In this document: one piece after another, positions 1 through 8,520 of the stretch
Layout: each line of letters starts with the position of its first letter
How positions within the stretch are numbered: position 1 is the first letter of the stretch
Source of the DNA: Verrucomicrobiota bacterium
Lineage (GTDB): Bacteria; Verrucomicrobiota; Verrucomicrobiia; Limisphaerales; Palsa-1400
DNA length: 64,000 nt
Direction: 5' to 3'
NCBI GenBank assembly: GCA_049510745.1
Contig: JBEKYR010000011.1
Span: 32,001-96,000 of the forward strand
The notes under the pieces: generated by a model
What the model saw: the letters and a program-made list of their open reading frames with translations, nothing else
Databases searched by the model: none
What the model was told of the DNA's origin: nothing
Position numbers and translations under genes: made by a program

Positions 1-2
1 GG

Positions 3-272
3 GGGCCTTGGAACGATCTGGGCAACCCCTGCCGCGGCACCGACGCGCAAAAGAAGAACACCTTCGAGTCGCAATCGACCTTTGTTCTGCCGGTGGCGGG
101 CCGGAGCGGGCAATTCATTTTCATGGCCGACCGCTGGCGGCCCGCGAATGCCATCGACGGCCGCTATGTCTGGCTCCCCGTGCGCTTCGACAACGGCCAG
201 CCGGTCCTGGAGTGGAAACAGACTTGGAGCCTCGACGACCTGCCCGCGCGCCTGAGCCGGGCGGGCGACTGA
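3..272 (+). CDS. C-terminal part of a GH43-family glycoside hydrolase (truncated by window start)
   Basis: Frame 3, missing from the ORF track, reads GPWNDLGNPCRG...TFESQSTFVLPV...FIFMADRWRPANAIDGRYVWLPVRF*, typical of a GH43 (subfamily 24-like) C-terminus; TGA at 270-272. Confidence 0.75.
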   Translation, partial: GPWNDLGNPCRGTDAQKKNTFESQSTFVLPVAGRSGQFIFMADRWRPANAIDGRYVWLPVRFDNGQPVLEWKQTWSLDDLPARLSRAGD

Positions 273-352
273 AAGTTTGCCCAAGGGCCATAAGTTTTCT
301 TGCGTCCGGCGGGCCAGCCCCTACACTTCCCCCTGCCAGCAGTGGACTGATC

Positions 353-1660
353 ATGACCCAAAAGACACGCATGTCGGTCAATTCGAGCAATGTGCTCTCC
401 GTCATCATGGGCGGAGGCAAGGGCGCGCGCTTGTTCCCGTTGACCCGCGATCGCAGCAAACCCGCCGTTCCGTTGGCGGGAAAATATCGCCTGGTCGATA
501 TTCCCATTTCCAATTCCATCAATTCCGGGCTGCGCCGGATTTATTTGCTGACCCAGTTCAATTCCGCCTCGCTCCACCGGCACATTTCGCAGTCCTACAA
601 ATTTGACCAGTTTTCGGGCGGGTTTGTGGAGATTTTGGCCGCCGAGCCATCCCTTTCCGACACTTCTTGGTACCAGGGCACGGCTGACGCGGTGCGGAAA
701 AACCTGGTTCATTTCCTCAATCACGATTTCGAGCATCTCCTGATCCTGAGCGGGGACCAGCTCTACCGCATGGATTTCCGCCACATCATCGCCGAGCACG
801 CCGAAAGCGGGGCGGACGTGACCATCTCGACCATCCCGGTGTCGCGCGGCCAGGCGCCGGCCTTGGGCATCATGCAAATCGACGCCGACAGGCGCATCAC
901 CCGGTTCGTGGAGAAACCCAAAGACCCGGCCGTGCTCGATTCCTTGCGTCTGGACAGCGCCACCCAGGCGCAGTTGGGCCTGGACAGCAAGGAGGATTAC
1001 CTGCTGGCGTCGATGGGAATTTACCTTTTCAAACGCGAGGTGGTGCTGAAGCTGCTGGAAAACACGCTGACCGACTTTGGCAAGCACATCATCCCCGGCG
1101 CGATCGAGTCCCACAAAGTTCATGCCTACGTTTTCCAGGGCTACTGGGAGGACGTCGGGACGATCCGGTCTTATTTCGAGGCGAATCTCGACTTGGTGGC
1201 GGAACTGCCGCGCTTCAATTTCTTTGACATGGCCGCGCCGGTCTTCACACGCCCGCGCTTCCTGCCCGCGTCGAAGATCAACGGGGCGCAGATCGACCAC
1301 GGCGTCATATCCGACGGCTGCATCCTCAACCACTGCAATGTCCGCTACAGTATTGTCGGCGTGCGCAGCATCATCCTGGAAGGTTGCACGCTCAACCGGA
1401 CCATTCTGCTGGGCTGCGATTTCTACGAATCGGAAGGCTCCATCCGGGATTTCGAGAGCCGCGGGCTGCCTCGCATCGGCATTGGCGCCAACACGCACAT
1501 CGAGAACGCGATCATCGACAAGAACGCGCGCATCGGCGACCACTGCAGGATTTCGCCCGCCGGCAAACCGGACAAAGTGGACCATCCGCTCTATTACATC
1601 CGCGACGGCATCGTCATCATCCCCAAAAACGGCATCATTCCGCGCGACACGGTGATTTAG
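353..1660 (+). CDS. glgC: Glucose-1-phosphate adenylyltransferase
   Basis: GGGKGARLFPLT, KPAVPLAGKYRLVDIP, WYQGTADAV, SGDQLYRMD, FVEKP, YWEDVGT motifs; start at ATG 353 (371 possible). Confidence 0.97.
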   Translation: MTQKTRMSVNSSNVLSVIMGGGKGARLFPLTRDRSKPAVPLAGKYRLVDIPISNSINSGLRRIYLLTQFNSASLHRHISQSYKFDQFSGGFVEILAAEPSLSDTSWYQGTADAVRKNLVHFLNHDFEHLLILSGDQLYRMDFRHIIAEHAESGADVTISTIPVSRGQAPALGIMQIDADRRITRFVEKPKDPAVLDSLRLDSATQAQLGLDSKEDYLLASMGIYLFKREVVLKLLENTLTDFGKHIIPGAIESHKVHAYVFQGYWEDVGTIRSYFEANLDLVAELPRFNFFDMAAPVFTRPRFLPASKINGAQIDHGVISDGCILNHCNVRYSIVGVRSIILEGCTLNRTILLGCDFYESEGSIRDFESRGLPRIGIGANTHIENAIIDKNARIGDHCRISPAGKPDKVDHPLYYIRDGIVIIPKNGIIPRDTVI

Positions 1661-1687
1661 AACGAAAGCGCGCCCGCCCGAAGGCCC

Positions 1688-2104
1688 ATGAAAACAACCG
1701 CGCCGCTTCTCTTCGTGCTGCTGGCCGCCGCCGGCTGCGCCGCCCCTGTCACCAAGACCGAAACGGCGCCGCCGCCGCCCGCCGCGCGCCAGGCGGCGGG
1801 CGACAAACGGGTCTTGACCGATCCCTCCCTGGATCGCGCCATTCATGTCGTGAAGGTCCAGACTGCGGCCGGCGCGGAAGGTTTTTTGAAAATCCAGGTC
1901 GATGTGGAAAACCGGAGCGATGCGCCCCGGCGGTTCAGTTACAGCATCGAGTGGCTGGACGGGGACGGCGGGCCGCTGCCGCTGGCCAGCAACGGCTTCC
2001 TGGATTGGATGCTGCGGGCCCATGAGAGCTCGTCCATCGCGGCGACGGCGCCGACGCCCGTGGCGAAGGATTTTCGCATCACCTTTGCCGGCCCAGCCCA
2101 ATAA
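1688..2104 (+). CDS. YcfL/DUF1425-like lipoprotein
   Basis: Lipobox LAAAGC; VEN...FSYSIEWLDGDG and APTPVAKDFRI motifs. Confidence 0.75.
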   Translation: MKTTAPLLFVLLAAAGCAAPVTKTETAPPPPAARQAAGDKRVLTDPSLDRAIHVVKVQTAAGAEGFLKIQVDVENRSDAPRRFSYSIEWLDGDGGPLPLASNGFLDWMLRAHESSSIAATAPTPVAKDFRITFAGPAQ

Positions 2105-2128
2105 ACTCGCCGCCTGGGGCGGAGGCCG

Positions 2129-2881
2129 TCACCCCATCTTTTTGAGCGCGTCGCGCACGCGGGCGGCTTCCTCGTAGTTCTCGTTCTTGACGGCCTCGTT
2201 GAGCGCGGTTTCCAGTTTTTCGCGGGCGCTCAGGGGCCGTTTGTTTTGGATTTCCTGGAGCCAGAGTTCCAGGGACTGCAACTCGCCGCTGGTTTCGAGC
2301 AGGTCCTGGCGGTCGTGATCGCGGTAAAAGCGGCGGATTTCATCCATGCCCTCTTCCACCAGGCGGATGACTTCATCATAGCGGTTGTCTTTGAGGGCCA
2401 GGGCGCCGCGGGCGCGCACGCGCATCATGAGCAGTTGCGGCCGGAATTGTTGCAGGGACCAGGCCAGTTCTTCCGAGCCGGCGTATTTTTCGACAAAATC
2501 AAACACCTTCAGGTTGCGTTGCGCGTCCTCGATCACGCCGTTGAAATCCTCCAGTTGAAAGAGGCAAATGTAGCGGTGATGGTACTGGATGGCTTCCTGT
2601 TGCAGCCGCCCGCAATCCTCCGGTGTCAAGCGAAAGGACTTGTCGTCGTTCTCATGCTCGCGGCGGAATTTTCCCAGCAGATCCAGGTAGTACTCCAGGA
2701 GGGATTCCCGGCCAAAAGGGCGCTTGCCGTCGGGCCGCCCCTGGGCGTTCATTTGCAGCAGGCCCAGGTCCACGCGCAGTTGTATCTTGTCCGCGCCGTC
2801 TTTGCCCCGGAATCTTCTGACGACCACCTGGCCCGGCTGATAATCCCACTGATCCAGCAGAGCCGATATATCGAAACTCAT
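2129..2881 (-). CDS. Conserved PVC-type protein with C-terminal UvrB/UvrC motif
   Basis: MSFDISALLDQWDYQPG...IQLRVDLGLLQM...GRPDG; C-terminal LNEAVKNENYEEAARVRD (UVR motif). Confidence 0.85.
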   Translation of the reverse strand: MSFDISALLDQWDYQPGQVVVRRFRGKDGADKIQLRVDLGLLQMNAQGRPDGKRPFGRESLLEYYLDLLGKFRREHENDDKSFRLTPEDCGRLQQEAIQYHHRYICLFQLEDFNGVIEDAQRNLKVFDFVEKYAGSEELAWSLQQFRPQLLMMRVRARGALALKDNRYDEVIRLVEEGMDEIRRFYRDHDRQDLLETSGELQSLELWLQEIQNKRPLSAREKLETALNEAVKNENYEEAARVRDALKKMG

Positions 2882-2962
2882 ACTCTGAATATGACCGTCA
2901 AAAGCCTCCAAGTCAACGCAAGGCTGGAAAGTTGGCCCCGCAGGCCCTAACCTCACCCGCTT

Positions 2963-3946
2963 ATGCCAGCGACAGTGCCAGTGACAGTTCATTCCAGCCA
3001 GTTTCCGGAAAATGTCCGGCGCGGCCTGCTCCAGGGCCTGCGCTCGCGCCGGATTGCGCCCAAGTACCTCTATGAAACCCGCCAGCAAGCCCGGAAATGG
3101 CTCGCGCTGCACGAAGCCTTCTCGCCCTCCCGGACGGACCCCGATGGCGCGGCCATCTATGACCGGAGCTTCGCAGCGGCGGGCGGATTCGTCCGCCAGC
3201 GGCAGGTGCGCGTGATCGGTCTGGGCTGCGGCGGCGGGCAAAAGGAGGCGCGGCTGCTGGCCTTGCTGGCCGGACAGGGCAACGCTCTTTCCTACACACC
3301 GTGCGATGCCAGCCTGGCCCTGGTGCTGGCCTCCGTCCGCGAGGCCGAAGGCGCCGCGCCGGGCACGCCCTGCCATCCGCTGTTGTGCGATTTGGGCGCG
3401 GCGGATGATTTGGCGGAGGTGTTCGACCAGCTCGAAGCGCGGAACGGGCCGCGTCTGCACACCTTTTTCGGCATGATCCCGAATTTCGAGCCGGACGACA
3501 TTCTGCCCAAGCTGGCGGGGTTGTTGCAGGCGGACGATCTTCTTCTTTTCAGCGCGAACCTGGCGCCCGGCCCCGACTACGCGGCGGGAGTGGAACGGGT
3601 TTTTCCCGGATACAATAATGCCGAGACGCGCGATTGGCTGCTGGCCTTTGTCCGCGACCTGGGGATCGAGCCGGGCGACGGCGCGGTGGAATTTTCCATT
3701 GAGGAAGCGTCGGGGCTGAGGCGGATCGCGGCGGATTTTTGTTTTCTGCGGCAACGGACGGTGACGGTGGAGGGGGAACGTTTTGATTTTGGCCGGGGCG
3801 AAAAGCTGCGCCTGTTTTTTTCGTATCGTTACACACCCGATCGGGCCGGGCGATTGTTGCGGGACTGGGACTTCGAGATTCTTGGGCAATGGATAACGCA
3901 ATCCGAAGAGGAAGGCGTTTTTTTGTGCCGGAAAAGGGCCGGATGA
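2963..3946 (+). CDS. L-histidine N-alpha-methyltransferase-like SAM-dependent methyltransferase (EgtD family)
   Basis: IAPKYLYE, GLGCGGGQK SAM motif, FFGMIPNFEP, YNN, SYRY; no egtB nearby. Confidence 0.75.
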   Translation: MPATVPVTVHSSQFPENVRRGLLQGLRSRRIAPKYLYETRQQARKWLALHEAFSPSRTDPDGAAIYDRSFAAAGGFVRQRQVRVIGLGCGGGQKEARLLALLAGQGNALSYTPCDASLALVLASVREAEGAAPGTPCHPLLCDLGAADDLAEVFDQLEARNGPRLHTFFGMIPNFEPDDILPKLAGLLQADDLLLFSANLAPGPDYAAGVERVFPGYNNAETRDWLLAFVRDLGIEPGDGAVEFSIEEASGLRRIAADFCFLRQRTVTVEGERFDFGRGEKLRLFFSYRYTPDRAGRLLRDWDFEILGQWITQSEEEGVFLCRKRAG

Positions 3947-3978
3947 TGGGGGTCCCCCCCGCAACCAAAAAAAAGACG

Positions 3979-4055
3979 GACAGGATTAACAGGATAAAGA
4001 ATGGATTCAGAAAAGAGAATTCCCCCTTCATCCTGTTCATCCTGTTCATCCTGTC
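3979..4055. repeat. Palindromic element of ~9-10 bp (A)CAGGAT / ATCCTGT units
   Basis: GACAGGATTAACAGGAT...ATCCTGTTCATCCTGTTCATCCTGTC; same family at 11386-11474. Confidence 0.8.
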
Positions 4056-4312
4056 AAAACTCTTTTTCCGCGCTTTCAGCCTCTGCCGGAGAAAATCTTG
4101 TCGGAAATTCTTGATTCTGATGGATTGAAGTGCAGATCACATAGATAAGCGCTTATGGATGTTTTGGCCGACCCAAAACACGAATCGGTGAATTTTTTCT
4201 TACCGCCGGCCGCCCGTTGGTTTTCCGCCGCGACTCTGGCGAGGATTGGAAAACCGACGGTTTGAGCCGCCGCCGCGTTGGCTGAAATCAACGAGAGAAG
4301 TTAAGAGGCTTG

Positions 4313-4425
4313 GGGGTCATGCCGAAACATTCGATCTTTTGCTCCAGAGGCCAAACCTTACAGGAGACCGGCCCGGCCCCACTTCCCGGAATTGGCAGCC
4401 GAAATGGAATCTTTGGATGAGACCC
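4313..4425. repeat. ~113 bp REP/MITE-like element with imperfect terminal inverted repeats (GGGTC...GACCC family)
   Basis: GGGGTCATGCCGAAACATTCGAT ... ATGGAATCTTTGGATGAGACCC; related to 5855-5970. Confidence 0.6.
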
Positions 4426-4527
4426 TGATTCACTCTGAGTATGCTTGGTTTGCAATTGTGGACCGGGAGGGGCAAAAATGGCTTTATGCCTTGCCATCAA
4501 TTGGGTGTGGCGTAAACATCCACGGAT

Positions 4528-5157
4528 ATGAACGATTATCGCCAGAATACTTTCAAAGTTAAATTTGCCAGTGCTGCCAAGGCGCTGGGCGTTGCACCCG
4601 AAAAGATTGTCTCATTGAAAATTCGCGACACCCTCAGTTCATACCATGCGTATCGCGACATGGTCCATTCACTGGAACAGGAATTCGGCTTCAAGTCCTC
4701 ATCTGTCAGCGGCGATTTGCAGGGACGAGGCTACTTGCTTGCGAAAGAAAAGTCCCAGGTAATCGTTGTTGAGCACGAGTCTGGTCTTGAGATTTTATAC
4801 ATTGCTGGCTCTGTCGCATCCCTAATCGGCTTGATACCAATAATATTACAAGCGTGGAGTGCAATTCGTCGATTTTCAGATCCCGCGAATCCCTTTCAGA
4901 ATTTGGAAGTCCGGAGGCTTAATGAGAAGTGGGAACTGCAAGAGGACACCATTCATCTTAACCGTCACGGGCTCGGCGATATTTCCAACCTGGCATTAAC
5001 TACCGCCGCTGGCCTTCTCGAAGATGAGTTCCAAAAATTAAGCCGCCACATTGAATCCGTGTTGCCTCAAATTGCTGCGTTGGAACAGCGACTTGCAAAG
5101 GTGGAAGTTGCCTTAAAGAACTTAAAGTCCTCAAAACGCAGATCCAAGCGTCGGTAG
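4528..5157 (+). CDS. Hypothetical protein with a central hydrophobic helix and C-terminal coiled coil
   Basis: 209-aa ORF in an AT-richer patch; ILYIAGSVASLIGLIPIILQAW; heptad-like C-terminus. Confidence 0.65.
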   Translation: MNDYRQNTFKVKFASAAKALGVAPEKIVSLKIRDTLSSYHAYRDMVHSLEQEFGFKSSSVSGDLQGRGYLLAKEKSQVIVVEHESGLEILYIAGSVASLIGLIPIILQAWSAIRRFSDPANPFQNLEVRRLNEKWELQEDTIHLNRHGLGDISNLALTTAAGLLEDEFQKLSRHIESVLPQIAALEQRLAKVEVALKNLKSSKRRSKRR

Positions 5158-5208
5158 TAGATTTTGGAAATGACGCGCCCATCCACTAACATCTAATGAC
5201 ACTTAACT

Positions 5209-5799
5209 ATGATTCAAACAACCACGAGTAAACTCCACTGGAACTATTTCTTGGCACTCGACCATGATCTTGAATTGGTTTCTCGTTACGTTGAATTCTG
5301 CGAACCTCACTTTGACGTATATTCCATTGAATTCGCACATATCCTCTTCGCTGCAGCATCCGAAGTGGATGTCATCGCCAAACTCCTTTGCAAGCAGCTT
5401 AACCCTAAGGCGCGTTGCCGCGACATCAACGATTATCGGGCTGTTCTCAGAGCCGCTCTGCCTGCGTTGCCTGCCACACACGTTTTAGTGCCGCGCTATG
5501 GCTTGACTCTTACGCCCTGGGACAACTGGAAGCGGCCGTCGAATCCAGATTGGTGGCACAGTTACAATAAGGTTAAACACCAGCGAGACGTTCACTTCAA
5601 CAAGGCAACTCTCCAAAACGCCCTAAACGCGCTCGGAGGACTACTAATTTTCACATTTTACCATTACAGTTACTCGTTAAGCAAAACTCCAGGATCGCCC
5701 CTTCGCTCAGTTCTCACAACGGCAGAGCTACAGCCAGAGTCCACGCTTCTTCGTCTGCCTGACGACTATTATTGCAAACATCTTGTTGTAACGACTTAA
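5209..5799 (+). CDS. Conserved hypothetical protein, possibly HEPN-like
   Basis: HWNYFLALDHDL...YSIEFAHILFAAASEVD...WWHSYNKVKHQR; helical pattern; AT-richer DNA. Confidence 0.7.
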   Translation: MIQTTTSKLHWNYFLALDHDLELVSRYVEFCEPHFDVYSIEFAHILFAAASEVDVIAKLLCKQLNPKARCRDINDYRAVLRAALPALPATHVLVPRYGLTLTPWDNWKRPSNPDWWHSYNKVKHQRDVHFNKATLQNALNALGGLLIFTFYHYSYSLSKTPGSPLRSVLTTAELQPESTLLRLPDDYYCKHLVVTT

Positions 5800-5854
5800 T
5801 CAATGTCGCACAAGAAAAATAATGTTTAAGTGACGAAGCGAGAGGCCAGGGTTT

Positions 5855-5970
5855 GGGGTCAAATCTAAACATTCGACAATTCGCCTGCAAATTGTGAGGC
5901 TTGCAATGATGCGGGCACTGACCGACCTGCCTGGTAAAAGGCCAAATGTTGAATGTTTAGACGCGACCCC
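5855..5970. repeat. 116 bp REP/MITE-like element with ~27 bp terminal inverted repeats
   Basis: GGGGTCAAATCTAAACATTCGACAATT vs reverse complement of right end GGGGTCGCGTCTAAACATTCAACATTT. Confidence 0.8.
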
Positions 5971-6068
5971 AGGGATCACCCCCAACTTTGAACGGCGGTC
6001 GGAAAGTGACGCAACGTCGATTGGGGCGAGGCCTTGACGGCGATGGCAGAGAGTGAGAGGCTTTGGAC

Positions 6069-6491
6069 ATGAGCAAGGCGGAAGTCATTTATGACAAGGT
6101 GCAAGCGCTGCCGGAGTCGGCGCAAACGGCGGTGCTGCGGGTGGTGGAGTCGTTGGGCGGCGTCGGGCCCGAAAGCGAGTCGCAGTCGTCGAGCCGGTTG
6201 GCGCAAGAATTCCAGACGTTGGCGGAGACGTGGCGCCGGGAAACAGCCTTTTTCTCGTTCATGCCGCAGCGGGCGTTGCACCCGGCTTATCAACGGATCA
6301 TCGGCATGGGATGGGGGGTGGTGCCTTTGCTCTTGCGGGAATTGCAGCGGCAACCCGACCACTGGTTATGGGCCTTGCAGGCGATCACCGGCGAGAGACC
6401 GGCGCAAGGCACGGAAACGCTGGGCGCGGCAGCCGAGGCCTGGCTCAACTGGGGCCGTGCGCGCGGACTTCTTCCCGATGCCCAAGGATGA
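6069..6491 (+). CDS. Hypothetical protein: DUF2281-like N-terminus plus conserved HPAYQRIIGMG domain
   Basis: IYDKVQALPESAQTAVL; WRRET...HPAYQRIIGMG...PDHWLWALQAITGE. Confidence 0.75.
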   Translation: MSKAEVIYDKVQALPESAQTAVLRVVESLGGVGPESESQSSSRLAQEFQTLAETWRRETAFFSFMPQRALHPAYQRIIGMGWGVVPLLLRELQRQPDHWLWALQAITGERPAQGTETLGAAAEAWLNWGRARGLLPDAQG

Positions 6492-6557
6492 GATAGTCGG
6501 ATGGGTCAGATTATAGTTTGACCCTGACGACAGGTATCACGCTTGGAGGAAGGGGTA

Positions 6558-6848
6558 TTACGCCGGTATCAGTTCCAATTTGATGCGCTGGCCCAAGGCA
6601 CGGGCTGCCCTTTCCAAGGTCGTCAATGTCATGGACGGATTGGAACCGTCCAACATGCGGTCCACTGCGGCACGGCTGGTCTTCATCCGCAGAGCCATGT
6701 CGGCTTTGGACAGGGACTTTTGTTCGATGAGTTTGGCCAGTTGCAGGGCAAGGGCGCGTTTGAGCGCGCGCGCTTCAATTTCTTCCAAAATGCCCTCTTC
6801 AGCGAGAAAATCCCGGAAATTGCTTCCCCGATGTTTTTTCTTATTCAT
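6558..6848 (-). CDS. XRE-family HTH antitoxin (HigA-like)
   Basis: HRGSNFRDFLAEEG, LSKADMALRMKTSRAAVDRMLD, TLTTLERAARALG; overlaps toxin gene. Confidence 0.88.
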   Translation of the reverse strand: MNKKKHRGSNFRDFLAEEGILEEIEARALKRALALQLAKLIEQKSLSKADMALRMKTSRAAVDRMLDGSNPSMTLTTLERAARALGQRIKLELIPA

Positions 6849-7194
6849 GGCCGTGCAGATATTGTTTCATTCGTTTCTTCGCCAGGTCCAAATCGGGCTT
6901 TGGCGTCTTGCGATCTTTCTTGATGAAACCGTGGAGCAACACGATTTCCTCGTCATGGATGATAAAGAGCGTCCGCGCGATTTTGCCTCTCAAGTTGGAC
7001 CGTATCTCCCACAGGCCGCCGCCGAAAGAGTCCACCAACGGTTTGCCTATCGGCCATGCAAATTGGGCAGTCAAGATGTCCTCACCGATGGCCTTTCTCT
7101 CTTCCCTCGGCAATCCTTTAAGCCAACTCCTGACCGGCTCATTGCCGGCCTCGGTCTGGAAGAACACCACCGCTAATGGACGCTCACCATTCAA
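6841..7194 (-). CDS. RelE/ParE-family toxin (HigB/Gp49-like)
   Basis: GNEPVRSWL, GLWEIRS, LLHGFIKK..KTP; toxin-first order. Confidence 0.9.
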   Translation of the reverse strand: MNGERPLAVVFFQTEAGNEPVRSWLKGLPREERKAIGEDILTAQFAWPIGKPLVDSFGGGLWEIRSNLRGKIARTLFIIHDEEIVLLHGFIKKDRKTPKPDLDLAKKRMKQYLHGHE

Positions 7195-7298
7195 TCCAAA
7201 ACTATTGTATCAAAAATGATACCAATGTCAACCGGCGGAATTTCCTACGGTCGCAAACAGCCGCCCCTGCCCCTTTCACCGACCGGGCGGCCCGCGGG

Positions 7299-8186
7299 TC
7301 AGAAGGCCCGCAGGGTCTCCAGCACCGCCCGCACGCGCGGGACTTCGTGGGTGCGGAACAGGTCCGTCTTGCCCAGCGCCGCCAGCACGGCGAAGAATGG
7401 CTCGGCGCAGCGCACTTCCTCCCCGAAATACTCGAAGGCGTGCGGCAAGGCGTGGCAGACCGGAAATCCAAGCGTCCGCAATCGAAAGGTGTTCAAAAAG
7501 GTCGTCATCTGGTGCCGCACGCGCGTCGCGCTGTCTTGCAGGTTGCGGTAGTAGAAGCCCAATCCGGGATCGATGAGAATTTTTTCCACCCCGTGCCGCG
7601 CCGCCGAATCCGAGAGCCGCGCAAAATAATCGCGCATCAGTTCGATCACGTCGCCGCCCGGATCGAAATCGCCCACGTCCCGCGGGTTGCGCCCTTGCAC
7701 GTAGCAGAGGATCACCGCCGCCGAATGCTCCGCTGTCAACTCGAAGATTTCCGCCGCTTCTTCGGCCCCCGTCAGGTTGATGACCTTGGCGCCCGCTTCC
7801 AGGCAGGCGCGCGCGACTTGGGCCTGGTAGGTTTCCACCGAGACGAGCACGCCGGCGGCGGCCAGGCCGCGGACGGCCGGGAGCAATCTGCTTTGTTGGG
7901 CGGACGGGTCCAAGCGCGCCGCCTGGGCCAGGGTGGATTCCGCGCCGAGATCGACAATGCGGGCGCCTTGGGCCCGCAGCACCAGGCCGCGTTGGATGGC
8001 GCGGTCGGTCGTCAGGCAGACGCTTTCGCGGTACCAGGAATCCGGGGAGAGGTTGACGACGCCCATGATGGCGGGAGCGGAATTGAAGGCGAAGAGTTCG
8101 CCGCCGAGGGAGAATTCGCGGACTTTGGCGGGGGCGGCCTGGCGGTGGTGTTCGAGCAAGGCGGCCAATTGTTCGAGGGACAACAT
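7299..8186 (-). CDS. folP: Dihydropteroate synthase-like pterin-binding protein (divergent)
   Basis: IMGVVNLSPDSW, IVDLGAEST, SVETY, LIDPGLGF, FRTHEV. Confidence 0.75.
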   Translation of the reverse strand: MLSLEQLAALLEHHRQAAPAKVREFSLGGELFAFNSAPAIMGVVNLSPDSWYRESVCLTTDRAIQRGLVLRAQGARIVDLGAESTLAQAARLDPSAQQSRLLPAVRGLAAAGVLVSVETYQAQVARACLEAGAKVINLTGAEEAAEIFELTAEHSAAVILCYVQGRNPRDVGDFDPGGDVIELMRDYFARLSDSAARHGVEKILIDPGLGFYYRNLQDSATRVRHQMTTFLNTFRLRTLGFPVCHALPHAFEYFGEEVRCAEPFFAVLAALGKTDLFRTHEVPRVRAVLETLRAF

Positions 8187-8520
8187 TTCGAAATTTAACC
8201 GGCGTGACCCTACCGGGTTCGCGCCCGTGTTGTCGAGGCATATCGGGCGGTCCAAATCCTCCTAACGCGGCCTTACCGCGGAGCGATGACCCAGACAATT
8301 TGGATGGGAGAGCGAAGAAGCGGTCGGCGGGGGCGCCGACCGCTGCATGCGAGGGCGCATGCACTCCCCGGGATGTAATGCAACGGTTCTAAGGCGATTT
8401 GGGGGGCGGAGAAAGTGACGAAGGACGAACTGTAAGCGAATTTCGTCATTTTTTTGAGCGTGCATTTTACGCGGGCGGCGGGAAAACTCGGAAGATGACC
8501 AGATTGACCGCCGCCAACCC

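Noticed and set aside
8..352. N-terminal extension of the glgC ORF
   Set aside because: It overlaps the GH43 3' end in another frame; GlgC homology starts near 353-390
2882..3964. Long N-terminal extension of the UVR-motif protein
   Set aside because: It is antisense to the EgtD-like gene; the credible start is 2881
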